Counted from the stretch's first letter, positions 26,093 through 36,062 are shown. The stretch is DNA of 64,000 nucleotides from Candidatus Kaiserbacteria bacterium RIFCSPLOWO2_01_FULL_50_24 (GCA_001783335.1 MFLU01000002.1:4948-68947); one strand, 5' to 3'. Notes: a model not told the origin generated them from the letters alone. Program-made: numbers and translations.

Positions 26093-28447
26093 ATGTTCCG
26101 TCATGTTCAGCGCCGCGCGCGCTATTTTTTGCGACTTTTTATAGTCGGCATTATTGCTACCGCCATATTTTGGAGCGGCATCTTCGTCGCATGGGCGGCA
26201 GTCGTTTCTATTCCCTCCATAGACAACTTTGAGAACCGCCGCGTCGCGGAGTCCACAAAAATATATGACCGCACGGGCGACGTCCTTCTCTGGGACGTGC
26301 ATGGCACCATGCGCCGCACCGCCGTCCCTTTGGAGGACGTTTCCATACATATTAGGAACGCGACGATAGCTATAGAGGACGACACCTTTTACGAGCATAA
26401 CGGCATACGACCACTCGCAACCCTACGCGCCATCTTCCGAAACTTCACACAGTTTGAGCTCCTCGGCGGACACGGCGGTTCCACCATTACCCAGCAGGTG
26501 GTGAAAAACACCCTACTTACGAGAGACAAAACCATTATCCGCAAAGCAAAAGAGTGGGTACTCGCCGTCAAACTTGAGCACATGTATACTAAAGACAAAA
26601 TTCTTGAGACCTACCTAAACGAGACCCCTTACGGCGGAACGCTCTATGGCGTTGAAGAGGCAAGCCAGTATTTTTTTGGCATACCGGCAAAAGAAGTGTC
26701 CTTAGCGCAAGCGGCATACATCGCGGCACTACCGCAGGCGCCCACACGCTACTCCCCCTACGGTTCACGCCGTGAAGAGTTGGAGAACAGAAAAAATCTC
26801 GTGCTGGAACGCATGTTCGTCAACGGATTTATAACGGAAGAAGAGCATTCCTTCGCCTCTTCTGAAATAGTAACTTTCAAAGAAGAGAGAGAGGCCGGCA
26901 TTAAGGCGCCGCACTTTGTTTTTTACGTTCTTGAATACATAGAAGAAAAATACGGCGTGGATGCAGTTGCAAATGGCGGACTTACAATCGTTACGACCCT
27001 TGATTATGACTTACAGAAAAAGGCGGAGGAGATAGTAGAAAAATATGCGCTCGAGAACGAGCGAAAATTCAACGCGGAGAACGCGGGGCTCGTCGCTATT
27101 GACCCGAAAACCGGACAAATTATCGCCATGGTCGGCTCGCGCGGCTATTTTGATGAAGAGATAGACGGCATGGTGAACGTTACTATCACGCCACAACAGC
27201 CTGGCTCCGCATTCAAGCCCTTCGTATACGCCGCCGCATTTGAAAAGGGGTACGCGCCGGAAACGGTTCTGTTTGACCTCAAAACGCAGTTTACCGCGCA
27301 CTGCGCGCCGAACGACCTTGAAACGCACGACGACTGCTATGCGCCGGAAAACTACGACAACACATTCCGCGGCCCGGTACGTTTACGGGACGCGCTCGCG
27401 CAGTCAATAAACGTACCCTCGGTGAAGGTTCTCTACCTCACCGGAGTAAAAACGGCAATAAAATATGCAAAAAACATTGGCGTTACGACACTCACAAACC
27501 CGAACCAGTACGGCCTCACACTCGTTCTAGGGGGCGGCGAAGTGTACCTCCTTGATATGGTAAGTGCGTACAGCGTATTTGCGAACGAAGGCGTGCGCAA
27601 CGAACCCGTGCGTACTCTTCGCGTTGAGGACTCTGACAGACGCACACTTGAAGAGTACCGTGGAAAACCGGACCGCGTCATACCGGCGTCTATCGCAAAC
27701 ACCATTTCAGACATACTCTCGGACGAAGCGGCTCGTGCGCCCGCGTTCGGCGAAGGTTCCGCGCTCTTTGTTCCCGGAGCGTTTGTTGCGGCAAAAACGG
27801 GAACGACGAACGACTACCGAGACGCATGGATAATCGGCTATTCCCCCACCATAGTTGCGGGTAGTTGGGCAGGAAACAACGACAACAGTCCTATGGAAAA
27901 GCGTGTTGCGGGATTCATTGTGGCCCCTTTATGGAACGAGTTTATGCGATACGCGACGCAAAAGTACCCCTCAGGACGTTTCCCGCCCTTGCCGCCAGAT
28001 CCGCTCCTCGGCTCTATCCCCCCCGTCTTGAATGGAGAGTGGAACACCAATCCACAAGAAGGAGTCCATAGTATTTTGTATTGGGTCAATAAAGATGACC
28101 CGCGATCCGGTAATCCAGATCGATCCGATGGCCAGCTGCCATTATGGGACTATCCGGTTTCTTTATGGGCAAGCGGCGCGTCCGCACAAAACCCTTTTCT
28201 CATCGTGTCTCCGCAGCAGAGTTCAACTGTCTCGCGCGCACCATTCGTGGCACTCGCCACCCACGCAAATCCGCAGTCCATTACGCGCGTTCTGTTTTAT
28301 CTGAACGATACATTGGTAGGAGAGGCAAAAACACAACCATATATCGTAACCATAACACCACCTACCTCCGGCCCCGCTACTCTCCGCGCGGTCGCCGAAG
28401 GACCACAGAGTTCTGAGGAAACCTCTGTAACGTTCACGATTCAGTAG
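26093..28447 (+). CDS. Class A penicillin-binding protein (bifunctional glycosyltransferase/transpeptidase, PBP1A-type)
   Basis: N-terminal TM helix, GT51 motifs (EDDTFYEHNGIRP, GGSTITQQVVKN), and transpeptidase motifs SAFKP (SxxK), SIN (SxN) and KTGTT. The start was chosen at MFRHVQRR. Confidence 0.9.
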   Translation: MFRHVQRRARYFLRLFIVGIIATAIFWSGIFVAWAAVVSIPSIDNFENRRVAESTKIYDRTGDVLLWDVHGTMRRTAVPLEDVSIHIRNATIAIEDDTFYEHNGIRPLATLRAIFRNFTQFELLGGHGGSTITQQVVKNTLLTRDKTIIRKAKEWVLAVKLEHMYTKDKILETYLNETPYGGTLYGVEEASQYFFGIPAKEVSLAQAAYIAALPQAPTRYSPYGSRREELENRKNLVLERMFVNGFITEEEHSFASSEIVTFKEEREAGIKAPHFVFYVLEYIEEKYGVDAVANGGLTIVTTLDYDLQKKAEEIVEKYALENERKFNAENAGLVAIDPKTGQIIAMVGSRGYFDEEIDGMVNVTITPQQPGSAFKPFVYAAAFEKGYAPETVLFDLKTQFTAHCAPNDLETHDDCYAPENYDNTFRGPVRLRDALAQSINVPSVKVLYLTGVKTAIKYAKNIGVTTLTNPNQYGLTLVLGGGEVYLLDMVSAYSVFANEGVRNEPVRTLRVEDSDRRTLEEYRGKPDRVIPASIANTISDILSDEAARAPAFGEGSALFVPGAFVAAKTGTTNDYRDAWIIGYSPTIVAGSWAGNNDNSPMEKRVAGFIVAPLWNEFMRYATQKYPSGRFPPLPPDPLLGSIPPVLNGEWNTNPQEGVHSILYWVNKDDPRSGNPDRSDGQLPLWDYPVSLWASGASAQNPFLIVSPQQSSTVSRAPFVALATHANPQSITRVLFYLNDTLVGEAKTQPYIVTITPPTSGPATLRAVAEGPQSSEETSVTFTIQ

Positions 28448-28524
28448 AACACACTACCATTTTCTCTCATTTTTTTATCTCGTGAAATACGGAACGACAG
28501 TTGAGTATTGCATAACATTCCCGA

Positions 28525-28568
28525 CACTACACATCTGGGCCGGTCGGCCCAGATGTGTAGTGTGTGGA
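28525..28568. repeat. Family F perfect palindrome ACACTACACATCTGGGCCGGTCGGCCCAGATGTGTAGTGT
   Basis: Read directly. A near-identical copy lies at 52503-52550. Confidence 0.6.
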
Positions 28569-28605
28569 TTTTCCAATTCTTCCAAAAAAACAAAGATGGG
28601 GTGGG

Positions 28606-28680
28606 TCCCCTGCAAGGCCTTGCCTTGCCATATACTAAACTCTCCCCTGCAAGGCCTTGCCTTGCCATATACTAAACTCC
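28606..28680. repeat. Family G tandem direct repeat (two units of CCCCTGCAAGGCCTTGCCTTGCCATATACTAAACTC)
   Basis: Read directly. A related CAAGGCCTTGCCTTGCCATATAC occurs at 58183-58210. Confidence 0.6.
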
Positions 28681-28734
28681 AGGGGTTTAACCTTCAGAGA
28701 ACGCGGTTTTGCATTTCCACCTTCCTCAGCGAGC

Positions 28735-28845
28735 GTAGGCGTCATTGCCCTAAGAAGGCCTTGTGCAGCGCGGCGGCGCGAGCAGAGCAAATTTTCAGCA
28801 GAAAATTATGCGTGCCTTTCGAGGGGCAATATCTCCAAGCGAGCG
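28735..28845. repeat. Family E structured element (CATTGCC...GCGCGAGCAGAGCAAATTTTCAGCAGAAAATTATGCGTGCCTTTCGAG.GGCAAT)
   Basis: Near-identical to 11285-11395. It contains an AAATTTTC/GAAAATT hairpin and a CATTGCC/GGCAATG closing stem. Confidence 0.5.
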
Positions 28846-28850
28846 CCCTC

Positions 28851-29945
28851 CTACCTGTTCAGCGGCATCACGAGATAGAGAAACGAGCTGTCAGAGACGC
28901 CTTTAATAACAAGGGGCTTCCCGACACCCGAAAACGACAACGTGACGCTGTCAGACTCAATGGAAGGAAGACATTCAGCGACGTAGCCAATGTGAAAATT
29001 TATATCCAAATCCTCACCGGAGAGCGCCGCGTCCAAAGTGTCAGACATTTCCCCAATATCAGCATCACGCGCGGTCATGGAAAAAACTTTTCGCTTCGGA
29101 TACAGATGAAACCCGACGCTCTGATCGCTTCCGGAGAAAATACGTGCCTTTTTGAGAATATCGGAAAAATCGCTCTTAAGAAGAGTCGCTTCCGTTTCGA
29201 ACGATTTAGGTATTATTTCTTTATAATTCGGAAATACCCCATCAATAACACGAGACATGAATCGCACCCCACCTCCTGAAATAGTCATCTGCGACTCTTC
29301 AAGAACGACAGACACTTCATCGGCATGAATTCTCTCAAGAATATAACTCAATTCAAGCGCGTGTTTTAGCGGGATAAGTACTTCCCCCTCTCCTTCCCTC
29401 ACGGACCTTTGTACCGTTTTCTCGGCTAAACGGAACGAATCAGTAGCAACAGTAATGAGTGACTTTCCGGTTGTGGTGAGGTACACACTTCCTATTTCCG
29501 GACGAATTACAGAAGTTGACGCGGCATACGAAACTGACTGAATACTCGCGAGAAGATTTATCCTCTCTATCTGCACACCCTTCTTTTTACTCGGTGAAAA
29601 TTCCGGAAATTCGCTGTCTGAAACTGTTTTTATAAGTGTTTTTGTATGTTTTGACTCAACGCATAAATTTTCACCATCCTTTTTAAGAATGACTTTTTCT
29701 GTTTGTATCGACCTGATTGTTTGCGAGAGAATAGATGCAGAAACAGCAACTTTACCTTTTTCTATAATTTCTCCACCAATAACACACTCAACTCCTGCTT
29801 CAAGATTTGTGGCTGATAATAAAATAATATCCGATACTTTTAAAACAACACAAGATAATACAGGAAGAGTTTCTTTTTTACCAGTAACACGTTCTATAAT
29901 TGAGAGTAATGAGATAAGTAAATTTTTTGGAACTATAACTTTCAT
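28851..29945 (-). CDS. dnaN: DNA polymerase III beta subunit (sliding clamp)
   Basis: 364 aa with a MKVIVPKNLLISLLSIIERVTGKKETLPVLSCVVLKV N-terminus typical of DnaN. It lies downstream of dnaA. Confidence 0.9.
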   Translation of the reverse strand: MKVIVPKNLLISLLSIIERVTGKKETLPVLSCVVLKVSDIILLSATNLEAGVECVIGGEIIEKGKVAVSASILSQTIRSIQTEKVILKKDGENLCVESKHTKTLIKTVSDSEFPEFSPSKKKGVQIERINLLASIQSVSYAASTSVIRPEIGSVYLTTTGKSLITVATDSFRLAEKTVQRSVREGEGEVLIPLKHALELSYILERIHADEVSVVLEESQMTISGGGVRFMSRVIDGVFPNYKEIIPKSFETEATLLKSDFSDILKKARIFSGSDQSVGFHLYPKRKVFSMTARDADIGEMSDTLDAALSGEDLDINFHIGYVAECLPSIESDSVTLSFSGVGKPLVIKGVSDSSFLYLVMPLNR

Positions 29946-30135
29946 ATTTATATATTTATAATTAATAGTTATTATTATTAATACTGTGGATAGGTGGTAA
30001 AGTATATTTTAAATATATAAAATGTATGTTTTTAAGTAACTCTATTTGTGTATAAAGTGTTTATAGATAGTTAATAACGGCGTATGTAAATATATATATT
30101 TTTTATACACGTTATAATACGGTGTTATACACAGG
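29946..30135. promoter_or_regulatory. oriC: Putative oriC region: very AT-rich dnaA-dnaN intergenic region with DnaA-box-like 9-mers
   Basis: TGTGGATAG (reverse complement CTATCCACA, 8/9) at 29985-29993. TGTGTATAA (reverse complement TTATACACA, 8/9) at 30047-30055. TTATACACG at 30103-30111 and TTATACACA at 30125-30133. AT content is far above the window average. Confidence 0.55.
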
Positions 30136-31503
30136 TTATATACGGACCAGAGAACATATGTGTTCTATTTCCTGCTCTAAGGCAGTGTCCCGCTTTATTT
30201 CTTCTTTTATTTTTTCACACGAGTGAATAACGGTGGTATGGTCTCTCCCACCGATTTTTTCTCCTATAGATGGATACGAGATATTGAACTCTTCCCGAAG
30301 AATATACATAATAATTTGCCGCGGCTTAACCACCTCCTTCTTTCTTGTCTTCTCGTAAATACTTTTTTCGTTTATGTCGTAGTATGCCGCTACACGTCTT
30401 ACCACCTCCTCCGTCGGTATTCCTTTTGCCGGTTTTAAGTTGTGTTTTATTAGTGTTTGGACGTCGTTAAGTGATACCGGTTTCCCTTTTAACTGTGATT
30501 TACACACAATCATATTGAGTATTCCCTCAAGTTCTCGTATATTTCCGCGCACGTGTTCCGCTACATGGGTAATAATGTCGTCTGGTATCGAAAACCCATG
30601 TAGTTCAATTTTTGCTCTGATTATGGCAGTTCTCGATTCAATATCCGGTTCTGGTATTTCTGCTATCATACCAGCGCCGAATCGACCCTTTAGGCGCTCC
30701 TCGAATCCAGGAAGCATGGCAGGGTGTTTATCCGAAGAAAAGATTATTTGTTTATTGTTGTCGTGCATGGCGTTGAATAAGTGGAAGAGTTCTTCTTGTG
30801 TTTTTTCGGTTTTTGCGATAAATTGCACGTCGTCCATAATGAGGACGTCGTGGCTTCGGTACTGGTCTTTAAAACTGTTCCCGCGTCCAGATGTGATTGC
30901 GTTGACAAAATCCACCATGAATTTTTCGGAAGTCACATAGAATATTTTTTTATTAGAGTGTGTTCTTTTGAAGCAGTTCCCTATCGCCTGTATAAGGTGT
31001 GTTTTTCCGTGCCCTGTAGCGCCATAAATAAAAAGCGGGTTATAGGTGAGCGCTGGTCTCTCCACGACCGCGCGCGCAGCGGCGTGTGCGAGCTGGTTGA
31101 AAGGGCCAACGATGAATGTCTCAAAGGTGTAACGAGGGTTCAGGTTGTCGCGCTTGTCTATGTAGAGCGCCTGGAGGTCTATGGAAGCATTTTCTCGGAC
31201 TCGTTCGGGCTTTCTATCCTGTGTGTTTTGGGTGCGGTGCACCACATACTCTACGGTGCGAACCGACGGATCCAAACTACGGAGTGTTTTTATGATAATC
31301 TTGTGATGCTTGTTCGTGAGCCACTCCTTGACGATTTTGGACGGCACTGCGACGTACACGGTGGCTCCATCTCTATTTACAATATCAGTATTCCGAAACC
31401 ATGTACGGAAACTCGTTTGCGACGTACCGAGTTCTATTTGAGTCAGCGCGCTTTGCCAAAGCTCTCGGTTGGAGGTCATTGGTAGATTATACGTGTGTGT
31501 CAA
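30136..31503 (-). CDS. dnaA: Chromosomal replication initiator protein DnaA
   Basis: AAA+ Walker A GATGHGKTHLIQAIGN, Walker B VLIMDDVQF, and a C-terminal DNA-binding domain (DHTTVIHSCEKI). Confidence 0.9.
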   Translation of the reverse strand: MTHTYNLPMTSNRELWQSALTQIELGTSQTSFRTWFRNTDIVNRDGATVYVAVPSKIVKEWLTNKHHKIIIKTLRSLDPSVRTVEYVVHRTQNTQDRKPERVRENASIDLQALYIDKRDNLNPRYTFETFIVGPFNQLAHAAARAVVERPALTYNPLFIYGATGHGKTHLIQAIGNCFKRTHSNKKIFYVTSEKFMVDFVNAITSGRGNSFKDQYRSHDVLIMDDVQFIAKTEKTQEELFHLFNAMHDNNKQIIFSSDKHPAMLPGFEERLKGRFGAGMIAEIPEPDIESRTAIIRAKIELHGFSIPDDIITHVAEHVRGNIRELEGILNMIVCKSQLKGKPVSLNDVQTLIKHNLKPAKGIPTEEVVRRVAAYYDINEKSIYEKTRKKEVVKPRQIIMYILREEFNISYPSIGEKIGGRDHTTVIHSCEKIKEEIKRDTALEQEIEHICSLVRI

Positions 31504-31701
31504 AGGTACTCTATTGACGCGCTTCCCTCCCTAGTGTTTATAAACATGTGTACAGTGGGGGGATAACTCTGGAGGCTGGAGGCTTGAGGCTGGAAACTGG
31601 AAAGAACAAATGCAGACAACCCTGGAGGCTAGAACTCTGGAGGGCCGGAAGATGGATGAGATTGCGTTGCTGTTTAGGCCGATTACCCTTATAATACAAA
31701 G

Positions 31702-31839
31702 ATGGTGAAACGTACATACCAGCCAAAGAAACGGAAGCGGGTTAGGGCGCACGGATACAGGAAGCGTCTTAAAACAACTGCCGGAAAGCGGGTTCTTCTT
31801 CGCCGCCGTCGCAAAGGGCGCACTCGACTTGCACAATAG
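31702..31839 (+). CDS. rpmH: 50S ribosomal protein L34
   Basis: 45 aa, [45 protein letters not shown]. It is not in the supplied ORF track because it is under 60 aa. Confidence 0.85.
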   Translation: MVKRTYQPKKRKRVRAHGYRKRLKTTAGKRVLLRRRRKGRTRLAQ

Positions 31840-31853
31840 CCGCACTCTCAACC

Positions 31854-32183
31854 GTGCTACCCAAGAAATATAGGATTTCAGCCGAGCTTTTTGCCAAGCT
31901 CCGTCGCCCGACCCGCTTGAGCGGCACGTTTCATACAGTATCTTTATACACACTGCCTCCCGGAAGCAACTCCAGAGCCGCATGTGTGGTATCACGAAAA
32001 ATTTCAACGAGCGCCGTGGTGCGCAACCGCATTCGCCGTCGTGTATATACGGCACTCCACCCGATCCTTCCCCGCCTTAAGTCCCCGACCGCCGTTGTTA
32101 TATACCCGAAACACACTACCACTTCAGTTACCTATGAAGAAGCGCGGAGCGACATTGAAAAACTTTTAGTGGGTCTACTCTAA
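31854..32183 (+). CDS. rnpA: Ribonuclease P protein component
   Basis: 109 aa with the RNR motif region KISTSAVVRNRIRRR. It lies immediately downstream of rpmH. Confidence 0.8.
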   Translation: MLPKKYRISAELFAKLRRPTRLSGTFHTVSLYTLPPGSNSRAACVVSRKISTSAVVRNRIRRRVYTALHPILPRLKSPTAVVIYPKHTTTSVTYEEARSDIEKLLVGLL

Positions 32184-32229
32184 CCTACCATAAGGCCTCC
32201 TCCGAGATATTCCTCCGAAACAAAAAGTA

Positions 32230-32540
32230 CCAATACGGTGTATAGTATATCGTGAGAGCGAAGCACAAACACTAAAAACCACAGGGCACAAATTTCACAA
32301 AACACAAAATATAAAAGACATGCACAAAACACAGATATGTACAGAGCACAAATAAAACACAGAACACAAACTGCCAAAAGCACAAACGCCGCACCCGTTT
32401 TGGTCTTTGAAAAGTTTGTGTTTTTGGTCTTTATTTGGGTTTTGGTTCCTGTGCTTTGTGTTTTTAATCGCTCTGGTTCCTGCCTGCCCCGTAGCCAGAG
32501 CGGAGCGATGTGGTACTGGGGTGCTTTGTGTTTTTAATCG
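32230..32540. repeat. Family C element: long AC-rich arm (CACAAA/ACACAG units) followed by a GT-rich arm (TTTGTG units)
   Basis: Read directly between rnpA and yidC. A second copy lies at 40335-40515. Confidence 0.5.
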
Positions 32541-32554
32541 TTCCCTAGCACTTT

Positions 32555-33307
32555 ATGTTCTCGACGATTTTTCATGCAGCTGTATACGACCCGCTCTACA
32601 ACGGCCTCGTGTTTCTTGTGGACGTCGTGCCCGGGCACGACATGGGGCTCGCGGTTGTGGCCCTCACCATTATTGTGCGGATTATTTTTTATCCTCTCTC
32701 GCGGCAGGCCGTTCTTACGCAAGAGGCGATGAAGCGTATCGCGCCGGAGGTTGAGGCACTCAAAGAAAAGTACAAAGAGAAAAAAGAGGAACAGGCACGC
32801 GAAATTTTCGCGCTTTACAAAAAATATAACATACGCCCATTCTCGAGTGTTCTTCTCATGCTCGTCCAGCTTCCCATTCTCCTAGGCCTCTACTGGGTGT
32901 TCGCATGGGGAGGTTTTCCGGAAGTGGACGCGTCGCTTTTGTACTCATTCGTCCCCTCTCCAGTAGGCGTCGTTGACATGAATTTTTTAGGCTTTATTCC
33001 GATGGATGGACATAGTGTTATTCTCGCGATACTTGCCGGTGTGACTCAAATAATTTACACGCGCCTCTCTATGGGGCCGCGCAAAAAACACACGAAGCCC
33101 ATGGGCGACTCCTTCTCTTCCGACATGGCGCGCAGTTTTGACATTCAGATGCGCTATGTCTTCCCCATTCTCATTGCGGTCATTTCTTACACGGTCGTGG
33201 CGGCGGCTCCTCTCTACTGGGTGACAAGCAACTCGTTCCTCATTATGCAGGAATACATTACCGGCAAGCGATTCACCGCAGCGGAGAAGAAGGAAGACAA
33301 TCTCTAG
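32555..33307 (+). CDS. yidC: Membrane protein insertase YidC (short, Gram-positive-like form)
   Basis: 250 aa with the conserved region IIFYPLSRQAVLTQEAMKRIAPEVEALKEKYKEKKEEQAREIFALYKKYNIRPFSSVLLMLVQLPIL. Confidence 0.8.
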   Translation: MFSTIFHAAVYDPLYNGLVFLVDVVPGHDMGLAVVALTIIVRIIFYPLSRQAVLTQEAMKRIAPEVEALKEKYKEKKEEQAREIFALYKKYNIRPFSSVLLMLVQLPILLGLYWVFAWGGFPEVDASLLYSFVPSPVGVVDMNFLGFIPMDGHSVILAILAGVTQIIYTRLSMGPRKKHTKPMGDSFSSDMARSFDIQMRYVFPILIAVISYTVVAAAPLYWVTSNSFLIMQEYITGKRFTAAEKKEDNL

Positions 33308-33315
33308 AGAACACA

Positions 33316-33485
33316 GAAACCAAGCGAACGCTGAAATTCCAAGCACCAAGCACCAAATTACAAACAATATCTAAATTACAATTACTAAATAAAAAACACG
33401 GCCCGTTTTGAATTTGTTATTTTGGTGATTCGAATTTGTTTGGGATTTGTAGTTTGGATTTTTTTGGGATGTTTGTGTTTTGTGA
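33316..33485. repeat. Family A palindromic element, copy 4 (between yidC and jag)
   Basis: AACCAAGCGAACGCTGAAATTCCAAGCACCAAGCACCAAATTACAAACAATATCTAAATTACAATTACTAAATA...GTTTTGAATTTGTTATTTTGGTGATTCGAATTTGTTTGGG. Confidence 0.65.
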
Positions 33486-33548
33486 GTGTCTTGTGACCAA
33501 GGTTGTCTCAGGCTGGAACACAAAGGATTTTTATGGTACACAGAGTGG

Positions 33549-34004
33549 ATGTCTGATGTCACAGCTGTAATCCAAGGTGTTTTGAACGCCGCAGGCGTGT
33601 CCTTCAAGGGCGCAGACTCACGCGAGGTGGCTGGTCAAACTATCTACAACATTGAAACGGAGAATCACATGCTCATTGGCCTTCGCGGCGATACGGTTCA
33701 CGCCCTTGACACGCTCGTGAAAAGAATCGTTGAGAAACAATCCGGCGCGGCAGACGGAGATGAGCGCGCACAGTTTCTCGTGGATGTTAACGGATATCGC
33801 GCAAAACATATTGAAGATCTAAAAGCCAAGGCGCTCATAATGGCGGAACGAGCACGGTCATTCCAATATGACGTAGAGCTGACGCCCATGAACGCTTACG
33901 AGCGCCTCATTGTGCACACTTCGCTTACGGATGCGCCGAATATCAAAACAGAATCACAAGGAGAAGGCCGCGGCCGCCGTGTGGTCATCCGCTACGTTTC
34001 GTAA
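33549..34004 (+). CDS. jag: Jag/KhpB-like RNA-binding protein (KH + R3H domains)
   Basis: C-terminal R3H motif (ELTPMNAYERLIVHTSL). Fourth member of the conserved rpmH-rnpA-yidC-jag cluster. The start was chosen at MSDVTAV. Confidence 0.7.
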   Translation: MSDVTAVIQGVLNAAGVSFKGADSREVAGQTIYNIETENHMLIGLRGDTVHALDTLVKRIVEKQSGAADGDERAQFLVDVNGYRAKHIEDLKAKALIMAERARSFQYDVELTPMNAYERLIVHTSLTDAPNIKTESQGEGRGRRVVIRYVS

Positions 34005-34163
34005 ACCCCCCACGCCTTTGGGGGTAAACCACCCAGAGCGTAGGAGTTCAGCCCCAACTTTGCACTCGGTACTCTGTAGCTCTGGTTATACGAACGCATG
34101 CGTTTGTGTTCCGTATCACAACAAAACTCTCACTGCAAAATTGGGGCCGGACGACGGAGCGAC

Positions 34164-34553
34164 TCACTGGGCCTGCCGCAAACTGCGTATCGCGTCCAAG
34201 TTTAAAATATCGGGATTTATCTGGTAGAGAATGATATATACCGCGATGAGGAGGAGGAGCCCCAATGCAACATCTTGCAATATCTCACGCCCCTTTTGTT
34301 TTGACGGCCATAAGTCACTCGCAATATAGAGGTATCCGGCCCACGCAATGCGCATGACGGCGAGAATCGCCCCGACACTTATCGCTATTTTGAACGCGTT
34401 GTTGATAAACGTCGCAAGATCTTGATTGGGATTCACTATCTGTGAGAGCGCCGGTGACAGATTGTCATCTGTCAAATTGAACACCGCCTGATACATGCCG
34501 GCTGTGTAGAGGGAGTGTATATAGTCACGAAATTTTTTGTAGATATTGGCCAT
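34164..34553 (-). CDS. Small two-TM membrane protein, possible VirB2/TrbC-like component of the T4SS-like locus
   Basis: 129 aa with two hydrophobic helices (FKIAISVGAILAVMRIAWAGYLYI and VALGLLLLIAVYIILYQI). The assignment rests on size, topology and context only. Confidence 0.3.
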   Translation of the reverse strand: MANIYKKFRDYIHSLYTAGMYQAVFNLTDDNLSPALSQIVNPNQDLATFINNAFKIAISVGAILAVMRIAWAGYLYIASDLWPSKQKGREILQDVALGLLLLIAVYIILYQINPDILNLDAIRSLRQAQ

Positions 34554-34561
34554 ACTTATTG

Positions 34562-34775
34562 TCAGTTGACGACAGAATGTAAAAATAAAACATCAAAAAT
34601 CAAAATAACAGTTTAAAATCTAAAATGGCCGCCCATGAGCGCAGAATAACATGTTGCAGTTTTGCATTGCATGCCCCGTACCAAAATCAGCAGGTATCCT
34701 CATATTATTGAAGTGGTCGAATGTTGAGATTTTTGGTGCGGGGTAATTTTTCATTTTGAAATTTACATTTTTATT
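34562..34775. repeat. Family B palindromic element with a nested CCCCGTACCAAAATC / GATTTTTGGTGCGGGG inverted repeat
   Basis: Read directly between two T4SS-locus genes. Confidence 0.55.
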
Positions 34776-36062
34776 TTAGCGTAGCGAGAGTACCCACAGA
34801 GACCAGTCCTGCGCGTTGCGGAACGCAAGGTACGCGCCGTCGTCGCTCACAACGGGTACTTCAGCGTCAATCAAGAAGCCCTCCTCAATACCCGGATCAA
34901 ATAATTGTTTCGCTGTGCCGAGTTCTACATTTATTTCCCACCACACATCGCTTGTGTGCGTTTCGCCCCGATACCAGCGATTCAAAAACTCGCTATCCGT
35001 GTTTCCGTGTGGCACGGCACAGTATGCCACGCTCCCACTTGGCGCGAACGCACACTTCTCTGCAATGGTGGAAAGTGGCAATAAGGCAGGTTCATCCACA
35101 CTGCTTTTCTGCACATACAGCGAGAGTTTTCCTTTCTCGGACGCGCCATAGAGGATTGCGGACGAAGACGCGTGGATCGCTATGGTGAGTCCCGGTATGT
35201 TTCGTACGACAGGGACAATTTTGTTTGGAGTGGTAGCGTCGTATGCGTGCCCAACCACGTTGTCTGCCGGGCGTGTTGCCACGATAATGCGGTCTTTGTT
35301 TGCATAGTAAACAGTCCAGTCGCGCGTTCCAAACGTAGCGATACGTTTTTTATTCCCCCCGTTCGCGCTCGCCAACATGAGCGCCACGCCACCGTTTCCG
35401 TCTGGAGCAAGGTACGAGATTGTGTCACCCGAAGGCGAGATCGCAAGCGAGAGGATACGCTCTTCCAGCTCGTTCGAGACGAGGGATTTTGCGCTTGATG
35501 AGGAGATAACAACTCCAGTTTTTGTAATCAGCGTTCCGTCCTCAATACCACGGAGAAATACACGCTCTCCGGCAAACAACGCCTCTTTTACCCACGGCAC
35601 AAGCGTGTTGGTCAGGCGCGAGACGGCGCGTGTTCCCACATGGGCCTCTAGTACGTTTCCCGTAGCGCGTTCCACAAAACGGAGCGTTGTTGTCCCGCCA
35701 GCGGTCGTAAAAGCCATGCCTGCCGTTGGAAGCGCGCTTGCATGCCATAGCCGCGGGCGACTCGTCTCGTTCTCTTCCTCTCTAAAAAACACGAACGGCT
35801 GGACGGCTTTCTTTGTGGCGTCCTGTACGCTACGCCAGAGTGGCACGGAAGGGATGGAGTGTACGAGATTTAGGTAGGTGCTGCCTCCGGAGGATGTAAA
35901 CTCCGGAGCGCTTATATCAAGCCCTCGCGCTGTATCAATGATCCGTTGGGACCTCGTCTCGCTTTTCAGGAAAAAATACCACCAGCCAAGGAGTCCGAGT
36001 GATACGACTATAATGCCAATGAGGGCTATGCGAACGGACTTTTGTATTGTGTTGTTGTGCAT
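34776..36062 (-). CDS. Membrane-anchored hypothetical protein with a predicted beta-propeller-like (TolB-like) periplasmic or extracellular domain
   Basis: N-terminal TM helix (IALIGIIVVSLGLLGWWYFF). Repeated S/G/D-rich beta-strand segments (ISPSGDTISYLAPDGNGGVALM...). Confidence 0.45.
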   Translation of the reverse strand: MHNNTIQKSVRIALIGIIVVSLGLLGWWYFFLKSETRSQRIIDTARGLDISAPEFTSSGGSTYLNLVHSIPSVPLWRSVQDATKKAVQPFVFFREEENETSRPRLWHASALPTAGMAFTTAGGTTTLRFVERATGNVLEAHVGTRAVSRLTNTLVPWVKEALFAGERVFLRGIEDGTLITKTGVVISSSSAKSLVSNELEERILSLAISPSGDTISYLAPDGNGGVALMLASANGGNKKRIATFGTRDWTVYYANKDRIIVATRPADNVVGHAYDATTPNKIVPVVRNIPGLTIAIHASSSAILYGASEKGKLSLYVQKSSVDEPALLPLSTIAEKCAFAPSGSVAYCAVPHGNTDSEFLNRWYRGETHTSDVWWEINVELGTAKQLFDPGIEEGFLIDAEVPVVSDDGAYLAFRNAQDWSLWVLSLR

